A stretch of 64,000 nucleotides of DNA. Origin: a virus. A program made the translations under genes and the position numbers. This document shows positions 31,162 through 43,800 of the stretch, in pieces. The first letter of the stretch is position 1, and every line of letters starts with the position of its first letter. The stretch lies in the IMG/VR virus record IMGVR_UViG_3300021364_003460, positions 1-64,000 of that record. The stretch is one strand, 5' to 3'. Under the pieces are notes generated by a model. That model saw nothing but the letters and a program-made list of their open reading frames with translations. It did not search any database and had not been told where the DNA came from.

Positions 31162-32660
31162 ATGAAAATTATATACGCTGACTTTAACAATGTAGATGAA
31201 GAAGGCTGCATTAGACTTAACTCTACTAAAACACTTGAAGATATTGAATCTCAAAATATCAAACTAAAGTCTGGTTTAAAAGTTAAGTTAACTGATGGAG
31301 AGCTAGAAGTAGAAGGTAGACTACAGTATTCTAAAGCTGAAGGTATCTGGACTGCATTAATTAATTGGAGTGATTTATGAGTACAACTAAAGGTTATATT
31401 ATTAAAAAAGATAAAGGAAATGGTAGATATATCTTATTTGATGGAGTTATCTACACTAACTATGACATGGCTAATGCTATCTTACACAGGTTATCTGATG
31501 AGTGGGACATATATGAGGTAAAAAGTGATGATTAGAATTGGTTGGTTATTAGAAGAAAAGGGTTTTTACTCAGATGAAGATTGGGTTGTTATAAAAGTAT
31601 TTATGAACTACAATGCTGCTGTAAAAGAGTTAAATATTCTTAAAAATGACTCTACTAGAAAAGATTATGTAGAGAGACTAAAACAAATTAATGTAGAAGA
31701 AGATGACCAGTCTATAGATGACTTCTACAATCAGATTGAACAAGAAGACCCTAAATTTCAAGCTGCACTAGAGAAAGCATTAACTGAAGTTAAACAAGAA
31801 ATAGAAAACCCCACTCCTATTAATAACCCCTATGTTGATAATACAGGTAAGGTTACTAACTTTGTAAAGTATTTAAAACATATTTCTGATGAAGCTGCTG
31901 ATAAGAATTGGTTAAGTAAAGTTAGCATTTGCGGTGGAGATTACTAAAATCTAATTATAAATTTATAAACCTTAGATGATCTAAGCTAACAACTTAGGTC
32001 TTTTTTACTATGCACTATTTACTAGAAACAAAAGAATGTGAAGAGTATGGAGGTATAGGATTTATTATCAAAGGTAAACCTAACAGACCTCATTTTCAAC
32101 CATCTCAATCAGCATTAGGGTTAACCCATGATATACTAGAACATTCTTATAAACCAATAGGTAATGCTGTAGAAGATGAACTCTTTGCTTTAGGAGCCTT
32201 TTACTATATAAGAATACTAGGTTGTTATGATAATGGTTGTAGGTACTCTACAGTACAAGATTTAGGAAGTGAAATAGCAGACTTATTAGGATATCAAAAA
32301 GACTATCTGCAAGATCCTAAACAATACTGGACTAAAGATAAATATGTTAATGCTGACTTAAAAGAAGCAGCTAGAAAAGGTATTAAACTTTATAAAGAAG
32401 AATACCAAGATGAAGATTACATACCAGACTTTAATCAAAAATATATAATAGGTTGGTTAGCTAAAGGTTACTCCTACACTAAGGTTAGATATAAGAAATG
32501 GGATTCTTATGAGTTGGCTTACAAGTTTAAAAGAGTATCTAATCAGCTAGAAAAATTAGTTAAGTCTATAGATTATGAAGGTCAGCAGTTTAAGCTAAAC
32601 ATAAACCTGCAAACAGATAAAGTTACTTGGGAGGAATTACATGAAGAAGCTTACTATTAA
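31162..32660 (+). other. hypothetical ORFs (31162-31380, 31525-31947, 32010-32660)
   Basis: ORF track. Confidence 0.55.
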
Positions 32661-32827
32661 GCAGACGGAAGATAAATTAATTTTAAAGTTTGACAATATT
32701 AGTCAACATGAAGCTGATTACTGGGAAGGTATTTATCTCAAGCAGCTTTACTATAACACTATGTAAATGGCTAGTAGAAGTTAAAGATAGAAATTTATTA
32801 TAGTTAACAATCCTGAAAGTAAACAAA

Positions 32828-33373
32828 ATGACTAGAATAATTACAGTAACAGGTCATAGACCTAAGTATTTTAAAAATGGCTATAGTGAGCAGCATAATA
32901 AACTTCTCTATAACTTATTTTATAACTGGCTATTTAAAGCTCACTCTGAGAATACAATAGATATCTACATCTCAGGTATGGCGTTGGGAGTAGATATTCA
33001 GTCAACTAAAGCTGCTTTAGATTTAGAGATACCTGTAATAGCAGGAGTACCATTTAAAAACCAAGATGCTAGGTGGTCAGTTAAACAACAAGCTGAGTAC
33101 AGACATTTGCTAACTTTAGTAAAAGAAGTAGTTTATGTAGATGAGCTAACTGACTCCCAATACTTAGTTAAGAACAGTAAACCAGGTTTATATAATCCTT
33201 ACAAACTGCTATTAAGAAACAACTGGATGATTGACCAATGTACAGAAGTGTTAGCCCTTTGGAACAGAAACCCAGAGGGAGGAACTTATCAGGCAGTAAA
33301 GTATGCTAAAAGTAAAGGGCTAACTATAACTAACTTGTGGGATAAATATGAAACTTACAATCAAAGAAGCTAG
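32828..33373 (+). CDS. SLOG-superfamily YspA/DUF1273-like protein
   Basis: VTGHRPK, SGMALGVD, VPFKNQDARW, RNNWMID, GGTYQAVKYA. Confidence 0.85.
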   Translation: MTRIITVTGHRPKYFKNGYSEQHNKLLYNLFYNWLFKAHSENTIDIYISGMALGVDIQSTKAALDLEIPVIAGVPFKNQDARWSVKQQAEYRHLLTLVKEVVYVDELTDSQYLVKNSKPGLYNPYKLLLRNNWMIDQCTEVLALWNRNPEGGTYQAVKYAKSKGLTITNLWDKYETYNQRS

Positions 33374-34154
33374 ATATCTAGTTAAAGGGTTAGAAGAGTT
33401 AATCAGCAGTATAGATTTACTAGCTGAAATTTATGCACCTACTGACAAAAAAGAAGAGATTGCTGAGATTGTAGAAAAGCAAAGTGAGGGGTTACTTAAA
33501 TTACACAGAGAGTTAAGTGAATATATAACTAAAGTTGAGTGTACAACTCAAATAGAATTTAACTTTGAAGATTACTTATGAACTTAGAAACTATACAAGT
33601 TTAAAAAAGTGCAATGGGTACAGATATTTATGTACCTTATCTTAGTAATCTAAATAATAAAAAGATAATTTGTGTTACTGTTTCAGATAGTGAAATTAAT
33701 TTAGCTTCTACAAGTACACTTAATAAAACAGGTCAACAAGCTCTACAAGATGGTTTACTTCTAGCTAAGTTGTTACAGAAGTATAATATTGATATAAAAA
33801 GTTAACCTAGAACCTTCTACTATTAAGAGACTTTTAAATTAATGAATAATTATGCAAATTTAGCAAGAGAAAAAATACGTTCTATTATAAATAGAGAAAA
33901 TAATAGAAGAGAACTGTGGTTAAAAAGTTGCTGTAATAAACTCTACCCTACCCTAAGTATTGAAGAGTTATCTAGAATAATAAAGTGCATGGAGCTAACT
34001 ATCTATAAAGATGTAGATAATGACGTAGAATACTTAGCTTATGCACGTGACTTTGTAGAAGGAAAACATATAGATTACATAGCTAGTTTTTATAAATAAG
34101 GTTATACTTTACCTACTTTTAAAGATGGAGAACTACAGAAAACTAGGCATTACT

Positions 34155-34760
34155 ATGAATAAAGTAGAACAAAAGATTGTGTTTGGGGTAGATGGAGTAG
34201 CTAGAGGTAATTATGCAGGTATCAACATTTGGTGTATATGCTGAATACCTGAAGGAGTTATCTTACCTGTAAAAGACTCTAAGAAGACTAACAAAAAACA
34301 GAGAATAGAGATAGTAAACCAGATTAAGGATAAGTGTATATGGAGTTTAGGTAGTAGCACTCCTCAGCAAATAGATAGTTTTATTAATGGTATAAATGCA
34401 GCAGAACAACTATCTTTAATGTCAGCTTATAAAGTATTAGAAGAAAGAGGATACCAAGTTAAAGAGGTATATGGAGACTTAGGTATGCCTTCTATATCAG
34501 GATTTAAATCTATTAAACTAAAAGATGCAGATGATTCTATTCCAGCAGTCTCAGCAGCTTCTATCTTTGCTAAGTATGCTTTGGATTTATATTGGGAAAG
34601 GGTTCATGAATATTACCCTCAATATGAGTTTACTAAGAATGCTGGCTATGGAGTCAAAGCTAAAGAAAAAATAACTGAGTTTGAGTTGATTGAAGGCGTA
34701 CATAGATGTAGTTACAAACCTTGTAGTAAGTATTTAGAATCATGCTTGAACAAAGTTTAA
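34155..34760 (+). pseudogene. rnhB: ribonuclease HII-like gene with in-frame TGA at 34242-34244
   Basis: FGVDGVARGNYAG, KDSKK, DSIPAVSAASIFAK, YPQYEFTKNAGYG, HRCSYKP; the track ORF 34419 is the in-frame 3' part. Confidence 0.8.
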
Positions 34761-37700
34761 TCAATTATTTAAATAAGTTGTTACCTATCATTACAAATGA
34801 AGATTTAAACATAGTAGAAATAGTAACTATTTTCCAAGAAATAGACTTACATTTAAGTAGAGAATTAAATAATGAAATAAAAGGTTACTATTCTTCTTAT
34901 GATGAAGAAGAAGGTATTTACTTTATGTATGATAAGTTTTTAGGGTGGCAAGTAATATGAGAAAAGTAATTAGAGATAACAAAGTTGCAGTCATCTTAGG
35001 TAACAGGTGGTACACCTCTAACAAAGTATTAGAGTGGGCTTTCTTACCAGAATTAGTTGAGTTAATAGAGTCAGTAGCATATCAAGACATGACTGAAGAA
35101 AAGTCTTATTTTTATAGAGAGAAAAAGCAGCAAATGGTGATAGATTGTTTGCTTAAAGTAGGGTATCAGTTTACTGAAAAAGATTTAGATATTAATAATT
35201 ATTTAAGAGAGTCTGATATTGACACACTCTCAAATATAGAAATAAGTGAACCTGTAGTAATTGCTGATAAATATCTTAATAATAAATTAATTAATGGAGA
35301 TAATTTATATATAGAGTGGGCTGATTGTAATAGAGACTTCTCAATTGATTATTCAGACTATGGTGAATACATAATCTATAAAGATAATATTAAGTGGCTA
35401 AATATAGATGAAAAAGATAACTAAAGAAGAGCTATTGACCTATACTAAACCTACTATATTTGAAATAACTTCATGTACTGATACTGAAGAAGAAAAACAT
35501 TATCCAGATAGTTTATGTTTATATGTGAGTCCCCATTGTGAATGTGAAGGATTTGGAGCTTACTTAATTGGAGAGTTTCATACAGAGTATAGCTATGAAA
35601 CTCTTTATTTAACAAGAAGTATAAACTGGGTCTGGGTTTATGAAGAACAAGATTTAATTAACTTAAGAAATCTAATTGATGGAGTTTTAAAAGGTATTAG
35701 TGTAATAGATGTAGAGTGTAGGATAATCAATGAAAATAGTTTACTAGTTAGAGGATACTATTTACCTCTGTATATTAAAGAAGAATTAAAGAAAACTAGT
35801 TTACTTATTAAAGCTATTAATAAGGTTTTAGATTATAAGGGCTACAAAGTAATAGGAATTATTAAAGAAGAAATAATTATAGGTGGTTGCTATAACTATT
35901 ACAGTCACCCTTATGATACTTCTTTACTAGATAAAATATTAAGTTTTGAAGGTTGTGAATTTAAAAAATATAAAGGAGAATAATATATGTTTGACACAAT
36001 TGAATCAAGTAATTTACCAGCTAACTGGGATAACTATACATTAGAAGAAAGATTACAATATTTAGATAGACAAGAGGCTGCCAAACAAGTTAGAACTTTT
36101 GATTATCCTTTAGACAGTAGCAAACTTAGTAGAAGAAATCCTACAGTTAATGATAAATATATTAATCTGATAAAAGTATTCTTTGCTATTAGAGAAGAAT
36201 GCCATAGGGGTAACTTGGGTACTACATCCAGAGGACAACTAAAAGAATTAAGGTCTATTGAAAAGTTTGAGAAAGTATTTATGTTAAGGTTTACTAACTG
36301 TAGACCTCAATTCTTTAGCTTCAAAAAAGCTGCTGAACTAACAGGACTTTCTGTAGAAGATATAAATAATATTAAAGCTAAACCAAACGGTAAGTATGAA
36401 GGTATTAGATTTGATATTACAGACTTCTTTAACTTGATTGAAGAAACTACTAAAGCAGACTGGGAACAAGATATCTACTCTGCTACTTTGTTTGATAGTG
36501 ATTTAGAAAGGTTGTTGTATAGAGATGTTTTCTATCAAGATAAGATGGTGCAGCTTAAAGAGCATTACTGTTTTAGAAAGCTGTGTACTTATGAGAATGA
36601 AAGAATCAACCCTAATAAAGTTGAATATGCTAAGTTCACTCCAGAGGATAAACAACTACCTGATTGGTATATTCACTTTAGATATGGTACTTTTGATGAA
36701 CTTAAAAGAAAAGAACAATTAGTAGCGTTCTTTAATAACTATGATGATAGATATGATTCTAATGTAGATTACCAAGTTGAGCCAGCTACAGAAGAGCAAA
36801 TTAAAATACACAGAAGTTGGAAGAATAATAACAAAGAAGTGAAAAACTAAAGGAGGAACTTTATATATGTTCAATACTATTGTTAGAGTAGATACAGTTT
36901 TAAGAAACTTAGGAGCAACTATACCTAGTGCAGTATGGAATAATATTAGAAATAAAGATGGAGAAATCTTTAACTATGTAGTAATGAAGGATAAAGAAAC
37001 TGGAGTAGAATATATTCAAGAGTCTGCATTAGGTTTACTTAAATCTATGTATCAAAGATTATATGAAGAACCTAATTATCCTACTACAGAAAACTTAACT
37101 AAGCAAAAAGTTCAGTTAATCACTCAATACAAATATGTAATTGAAGGTAAAGGTTTCAATGACTCAGAAGAATTAAGATTATACTTATCTCAAATGTTGA
37201 GGTCTTATAAAGAGAATCAAAGTTTAACTCAACAAGATAAAGCTTTCTTGGGAGACTTGCTATCTAGGAGTCTTATTGTCAAAGATGAAGTTAATAAATA
37301 TGGTAAAGTAGTTGACTTGATGGTGGCTATTAAACCAGGACACAAGAGTAAAACTTTTCATATAATCTACTCTAATGGTAGAAAGCAGAGTATTAGTATG
37401 AAGAATTATGTTGACCCTGGTAAAGAAGTGTTGGTTAATATTTGGGAAAATTAAATGAATATTAGAGCTACTGAATATTTAATTAACAATAAAGGTAAAC
37501 AAGGTATTTATTTCTATGGTTCTAAAATCTATAGTTTTGATGTACCTGACCAATTAGCCAGCTATGAGTTTGTCCTGTTTCTAAAAGATAATGAAGGTAA
37601 TGTAGAACCTATTACTTTTATAGATACCTTAAATTTAAGAAATTTACCTACTAAGCAAATTAAATTACGTAAATTCTTAGATACTGATAACCCTATTAAA

Positions 37701-38762
37701 ACTATAGTTGACTGGGATACTTTTGTACAACAAACTCAACCTGAACTTTATAAGTACCATAAAAAAAGGTTACTTAGAAAAGCAGCTAAAGTTATACCTT
37801 CTAAAAAAGAGATAGTAGTGCCTTGGCTTAGTGAAGAGGATAAGTTAGATTTCTTAGAGTTTACTAATAACCATGCTTTTAGTTTTGAGCTAGAAAGTAA
37901 ATATGGAGCAGCAGCTTGTATAAGTAGTTCCCAAATATTTGGTTACTCTAATTATCCTTTTGACCTAGCTCCTCTAGAAGAAGTCTGGAGAGATGTAGAT
38001 TTACCCTATGGATTTACTTATAAATCTACAAGAGATAAAGTAATAGACTTTAATAATTTTCCTTTAAATATACAATTAGAGTTAGCTAAAAGGTATATTA
38101 ATTCCATTAAGCACTCAGAGAAGTATTTACCTTACCAGGTTTATCTAGCAGGTACAGATGACTTTTCTTATAGTAAATACTTTTGTACTTTAGAGGAAGC
38201 TGAACAAGAGTTAGATTACTTAAGAATGATGCAACCTTTAGACGTTAAATTAGATATTTTAGATAGAGGATATTTGTTTACTAATTAACTATGATTGATA
38301 CATTAAACTTATACCCAGACTTTGTAATGTCAGAAGTTTGGAACTATTATCTAACTAAAATTAGAGAGCTCTCTCCTAAGTTAGCTGATATTATTAACAA
38401 ATATGGAATAGGCACTAAAGTTAACTTAGATGGGTATGACTTTGAAAGTGGACAGCTATTAGATGACATTCCTAAAGTTTACAAAAAAGAGATATATGAG
38501 TCTACTGTTTATGATTTAATATGTGAGTTAGCTAATGAATATGGAAATTGGTGTTTACAGCATAGCTAACTGCCCTAACTGTAAAAAGTTAGTAATACCT
38601 ACCTCTTCTGGTGGAGTGGGCTATGTACACAAAGAATACTTTTATGAAGAGCAAGAAGTTTGGAGTTACACTTGCCCTGAATGTAACTACTCTGATATAG
38701 ATGATAACTGGAGTATTGAAGAAGGATTTTGTAATTTAGAAGAGAAGGAATATTATACTTGA
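34742..38762 (+). other. run of hypothetical ORFs (34742, 34945, 35408, 35987, 36867, 37455, 38291, 38535 Zn-ribbon)
   Basis: ORF track; 38535 has CPNC...CPEC; 35987 has an FDSDLE...PDWYI nuclease-like stretch (weak). Confidence 0.55.
36867..37454 (+). CDS. protein with C-terminal DUF3223/DCL-like domain
   Basis: DKAFLGDLL...KYG.VV...V......KTFHIIYSNG.KQSIS pattern. Confidence 0.5.
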   Translation: MFNTIVRVDTVLRNLGATIPSAVWNNIRNKDGEIFNYVVMKDKETGVEYIQESALGLLKSMYQRLYEEPNYPTTENLTKQKVQLITQYKYVIEGKGFNDSEELRLYLSQMLRSYKENQSLTQQDKAFLGDLLSRSLIVKDEVNKYGKVVDLMVAIKPGHKSKTFHIIYSNGRKQSISMKNYVDPGKEVLVNIWEN

Positions 38763-39181
38763 CTGAACTAATTAAAATAGCTTCAATGAGAGGTAATCTA
38801 TTTCCTGAATTAGGTTATATAAATATTAGAGTAGATAGAGCTTCTGTACTGGGTAATCCTTTTGAGCTAACTAAAGAAGAAGATAGAGATAGAGTATGTG
38901 ATGCTTATGAAGAGTGGTTTCAATTTAACTTAAGTGAAAGTTACAAAGAAAATCACTATATTGATTTATCTTATTGGACTAATAAAGGTTTTAAGATAGC
39001 AGCCAAGTTTAAAGAACCAAGTTGTCAGCAAGTTACTAATGAAGTTAACAGACATGTAGATTTATTGTTTGAGGGTAAAAAGATTAGGTATATTTGTTGG
39101 TGCAAAAAACCTAAAGTAGAAGTTAGATGTCACGCTGACTCCATTAAAAAAGAAGTGTTAAGGAAATATAATACAAACTAA
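38759..39181 (+). CDS. DUF4326 domain protein
   Basis: VDRASVLGNPF, DRVCDAYEEW, ICWCK...CHAD. Confidence 0.85.
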   Translation: MTELIKIASMRGNLFPELGYINIRVDRASVLGNPFELTKEEDRDRVCDAYEEWFQFNLSESYKENHYIDLSYWTNKGFKIAAKFKEPSCQQVTNEVNRHVDLLFEGKKIRYICWCKKPKVEVRCHADSIKKEVLRKYNTN

Positions 39182-39602
39182 AACAAGAGAATTATTTAAC
39201 TTTGTTGTACTAATAAAAAATTCCCATATTGGGACTTTTCTAACTATGCTCCTACAGCAGATAATAAGTTTATTAGCCTCTATTGCTAAGAAGATACAGG
39301 TACTATAGATATTAGTTTACTAGATAATAATATGACTAATATATCAACAGTCTTAGAAGTAGGTGATCGCTCACAGATAACTACAGTGCTAGATATACTA
39401 CTGTTTGCTATAGAAAAAGATGAATAAAACTATGTGGGTTGAAGTTAAAAAGCCAACTACTTTAAATAAGTTTACAGAGTTAATACTCTTACAAGAAGAA
39501 ATAGAAAAGTTATTAAAAGAGTATGCTAACTTAAACAAAGAAGATGCAGAATTCAAAGAAGTATACCTTGAATATGGAAGAAAGGATTTAATAAAAACTT
39601 AG

Positions 39603-40067
39603 ATGAATACTTTAAACATCATAAACAAAGATATTCTAACTGTAGAGAAAGGTATCATAGTTCAACAAGTTAATGCTATAGGTAAAACTGGAGCTGGGCT
39701 AAGTGGAGCTATTAATACTAAGTATCCTAACGTTAGAGAACTATACTTAAAGATTAAAGAGTTAGATGGATTACAAATGGGAAATGTTATCTGGTCTAAA
39801 CCAACTAAAAACCTTTTCATAGCTTCTATAGTAGGGCAACAAAATGTAGGAACTTACAAAGTGCAAACTAATTTTGATGCCTTAAGAAAAGGATTACAAG
39901 AAGTAGCTAGGATAGTTAAAAATGGACATGAGGTGTTCATCCCTTACTATTTAGGTTCTGGCTTAGGAGGAGGACCAACTCAACAGACTAAACAAGAAAC
40001 ATGGGAGAAGGTAAGTAACATTATTTGGGAAGAAATACCTGATGCAATCATTTGTAGGAAAGTTTAA
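39603..40067 (+). CDS. macrodomain (ADP-ribose-binding/hydrolase) protein
   Basis: DILTVEKGIIVQQVNAIGKTGAGLSGAI..KYP; IPYYLGSGLGGG. Confidence 0.85.
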   Translation: MNTLNIINKDILTVEKGIIVQQVNAIGKTGAGLSGAINTKYPNVRELYLKIKELDGLQMGNVIWSKPTKNLFIASIVGQQNVGTYKVQTNFDALRKGLQEVARIVKNGHEVFIPYYLGSGLGGGPTQQTKQETWEKVSNIIWEEIPDAIICRKV

Positions 40068-40141
40068 AGATTCTCTTTAGAGAAAGCTCAGTTAAAGCTG
40101 ACTGAGTTTATTTTAATAGTTAAAGTTTAGAAAACATAATA

Positions 40142-40789
40142 ATGACTACAGAAGTAAGACTAAAGAAAACTTACAAGTCTGGCAGCAATGGGGATACTGG
40201 AATGAGTTATGTATTACATAACAGACCTCCTATTCTCAAATCTTCTCCTGCTTGTAAAGTTCAAGGTGAAATAGAAAAAGTAAGGCATAACATAGAAGAG
40301 TTACTGTATTCTTGTACTCTAATTCAAGAAGACTTAACTTATGTTCTTACTTGGTTAGATAGAAATCTATTTTCTCTAGCTAGTTTCTGTTATATGAAAG
40401 GAGAAAGTAGCAATCATGTATTACCTACAGAGTTGTTAGATTTCTTAGATAAGAAAACTGCTGAATTGAAAGTAGAAGTAGGTGATTGCCAAGACTTCTT
40501 AAATCAATCTCACATTAATCTGATTAAGTTAGATGGTATTAGAATTGAAGTTAGACAACTAGAGTCAGCTTATGTAGCTTGGTGGCATACTCAAGAAATG
40601 ATATCTTTCCTTATGGATAGAGATGACTTAATTACAGGAGTAAAACATCATGCAGCTATATTAAATAGATTGTCAGCTTACTTGTTTGAAGCTACTAGAA
40701 TGGAAGCTAAACTAATGAATACTAAAGATATTTATGTAGAGCAAAGACCTTGGCAAGCTAACTTAGAATCTTTTAATCCACCTTTATAA
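40142..40789 (+). CDS. PduO-type ATP:cob(I)alamin adenosyltransferase-like protein
   Basis: KTY.SG..GDTG, QGEIE, LFSL, RIEVRQLES (cf. RTVxRRAER), LNRLSAYLF. Confidence 0.75.
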   Translation: MTTEVRLKKTYKSGSNGDTGMSYVLHNRPPILKSSPACKVQGEIEKVRHNIEELLYSCTLIQEDLTYVLTWLDRNLFSLASFCYMKGESSNHVLPTELLDFLDKKTAELKVEVGDCQDFLNQSHINLIKLDGIRIEVRQLESAYVAWWHTQEMISFLMDRDDLITGVKHHAAILNRLSAYLFEATRMEAKLMNTKDIYVEQRPWQANLESFNPPL

Positions 40790-40828
40790 TAGAATTTATA
40801 TAAACTTACAATTTAATAACAACTAAAC

Positions 40829-43800
40829 ATGCAGACATTACAAGTAAATACTTTTAAAGCTTACTTTGACTTGCTCTCTCCTAAGTATGTAGATTGGGAA
40901 TTTTATAGTAAATATTTAGACAAAGAGCCTCCTTTTGGTGAATTAGGAGTAATAGTATTTTTAAGAACTTACAGTAGATTTATTGAACAATTAGGTAGAA
41001 GAGAATACTGGAGAGAAGTATGTTTAAGAGTCGTTGAGTACAGCCTGTCTTTAGATAAAGTAACTCCAGTTGAATTAAAAAAAGAAGAAGCTAAAAAGTT
41101 ATTTGATATGATGTTTAATCTTAGAGGATTTCCTGCTGGAAGGACTCTATGGATTGGCAACACTAAGATTACTGAAACAAATGGAACAGCAAATTTTAAC
41201 TGTTCTGCTGCTACTACAGATAGTATTTCTAAGTTTGCAGAATGTTTTTATATGTTACTAGTAGGTGCAGGATATGGCTTTAGTGTAGAAGACAAATACA
41301 TTAGTAACCTGCCCACTTTTTATCCTGGTAAAACTTTAGTCAATAAAGAGTATAACTACAACAAATACTTAAAAGTAGATGATACAGAGATTGAGTTTTA
41401 TAAAGATAATAAATTTCTGTCTTCAGTGGTTTATACAGAAAAGTCTTTATGTATAGAAGAAGATAATAAGTATTTATCTGTACCAGAAGACTGCAATAAA
41501 GTTAATATTCTGGTAGGAGACAGCCGTGTTGGTTGGGTTAACACTCTAAGACTTCTACTTACTTTACATACTTATTCAAATATAAAAGTTGTTGAAGTAG
41601 ATTATGATTATGTTAGACCAGAAGGTGCAATCTTAAAAACATTTGGAGGCAGGTCTAGTGGTCACACTGCTCTAGAGACTTTACTAAATAGAGTTGTAGA
41701 AATTATAAATGAGTTATCTAAACCTGGAAAATTAAGTAGCGTTCAATGTTTAGATATTAAAAATTCTATTGGTATAGCTGTAGTAGTTGGTGGAGTACGT
41801 AGGTCAAGTGAGTTAGTATTAGGAGATTTATTTGACACTAATTTTATTAATTCTAAAAAAGACTTGTGGAGTGATGAAAGTTTAGCTAATAAAAGAGCTA
41901 CTAGAGTTATGAGTAATAACTCAGTAACCTTATATGAAAACCCTGGTTTAGAATACTTTAAACAATTAATGGAAAGTGTTAGAACATCAGGTGAACCAGG
42001 AGTATATAGCATAGGTAACGCTCAAAAAAGAGCAGCTAACAGAAAACTTACCAACCCTTGCTTTACTGGTAGTATGAAACTTCTTACTAGTGAAGGTTAT
42101 GTTGAATTTAAAGAACTAGAAGATAAAGAAGTAGAAGTAATTAATAAAGAAGGTAATATTACTAAAAGTAAAGTTTGGTCTTCTGGAATTAAAGAGTGCA
42201 TTGAATTAAGACTTTCTAATAAAGAGACTCTACAATGCACTCCTGATCATATATGGTTAACAAATGAAGGAGAAATACAAGCTAAAGATTTAAAGAATAA
42301 ACAATTAGTACCTTTTCTAAAAGAACCTGATTTAGATATTAATTATACAAGATATGGTTTTATTCAGGGAGATGGCACTTTAAATAGACTTACTTCAGTT
42401 ATACACAAAGGGTTGGAAGTAAACATAGGATATAAAGATGGAGACATTTATTCTTTATTTGAAGGTTTAAATTATACAAATAAGAGTTATAGAGTTATTT
42501 ATTTAAATGACTCTAAAGACCTAGAGGTGATTAAATCTTTAGGATATCAAGCAGTTAAATTACCTCAAAGAACTTTACCAGATAAATATCCATCTTTCTC
42601 TTTCAAAGAGAAAGCTTCCTTTTTAAAAGGTTGCTATTCAGCAAATGGTTCTGTTCTTAGCTGTGGTAGAGTCACTTATAAAGCAACTTGTAAAGAATTA
42701 TTAGAACAAATTCAAGAATCTTTATATTTAGACTTTGGAATTGAATCTTATATAACTACTAATAAGTCTAAAGAAGTGCAGTTTAGTAATGGTGTTTATA
42801 CCTGTAGAGAAAGTTATGATTTAAATGTAAATAAGTTTACTGATAAAGTTAACTTCTTTAATGAAATTGGTTTTGTTCAAAGATATAAAGTTGAATTATT
42901 AGCTAAACACTTATTAAAATCTGCACCTTATATAACTTCTATTAAAAATATTGGTGAACATAAAGTTTATGATTTTACTGAACCTGAAACTCATTGGGGT
43001 GTAGTAAATCGCTTTATAGCTCATAATTGCGGTGAAATCCTCTTAGACGACAGAGGAGTGTGCAACTTAACTGAAGCTAATGTATTAGCTCATGTTAAAG
43101 AAGATAACACTTTTGATTGGGAAGTTTGGAAAGATACTATTACTTGGGTGACTAGAATGGGATCTAGAATAACCTTAGTTGATATGTGGCATCCTAAATG
43201 GCAAGAAACTCAGCAAAGAGATAGGTTACTTGGAGTATCAATGACAGGTATAGTAGAAGCTTTTGATGCTCTTAATTGGTCAGAAGAAGACATTACTTAC
43301 TTTTATAAAAAGACTCAAAGTATTGTTGATCTTGTTGCAGATAACTATCATAACTATCTAGGTATTCCAAAAAGTTTACTTAAAACTACTATCAAACCCA
43401 GTGGTTCATTGTCGCAATTGCCTACAGTTTCATCTGGTATACATAGACCTTATGCGCCTTATTACTTAAGAAGAATTAGAGTTAGTAAAACAGATCCTTT
43501 AGCTAAAACACTATATGATTTAGGATTAATTCCTGTTCCAGAAAACAGTCAAGGTGATGACTTGTTTGGAGAATACTGTAACACTTGGGTATTTACTTTC
43601 CCAGTTAAAACTAAAGCTAAATTAAATTCAATTGATGAACCAGCTTTAGTTCAGTTAGAAAGATATAAACAAGTAATGCAGCATTATGTTCAACACAACT
43701 GTTCTATTACTGTATCTGTTGCTGAACATGAATGGGAAGAAGTAGCTCAATGGTTGTATGAAAATTATGATTACTATATTGGAATAGCATTCTTGCCTAG

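Noticed and set aside
40068-40141. Cobalamin riboswitch upstream of pduO-nrdJ
   Set aside because: The gap is only ~75 nt, with a single terminator-like hairpin and no B12-box
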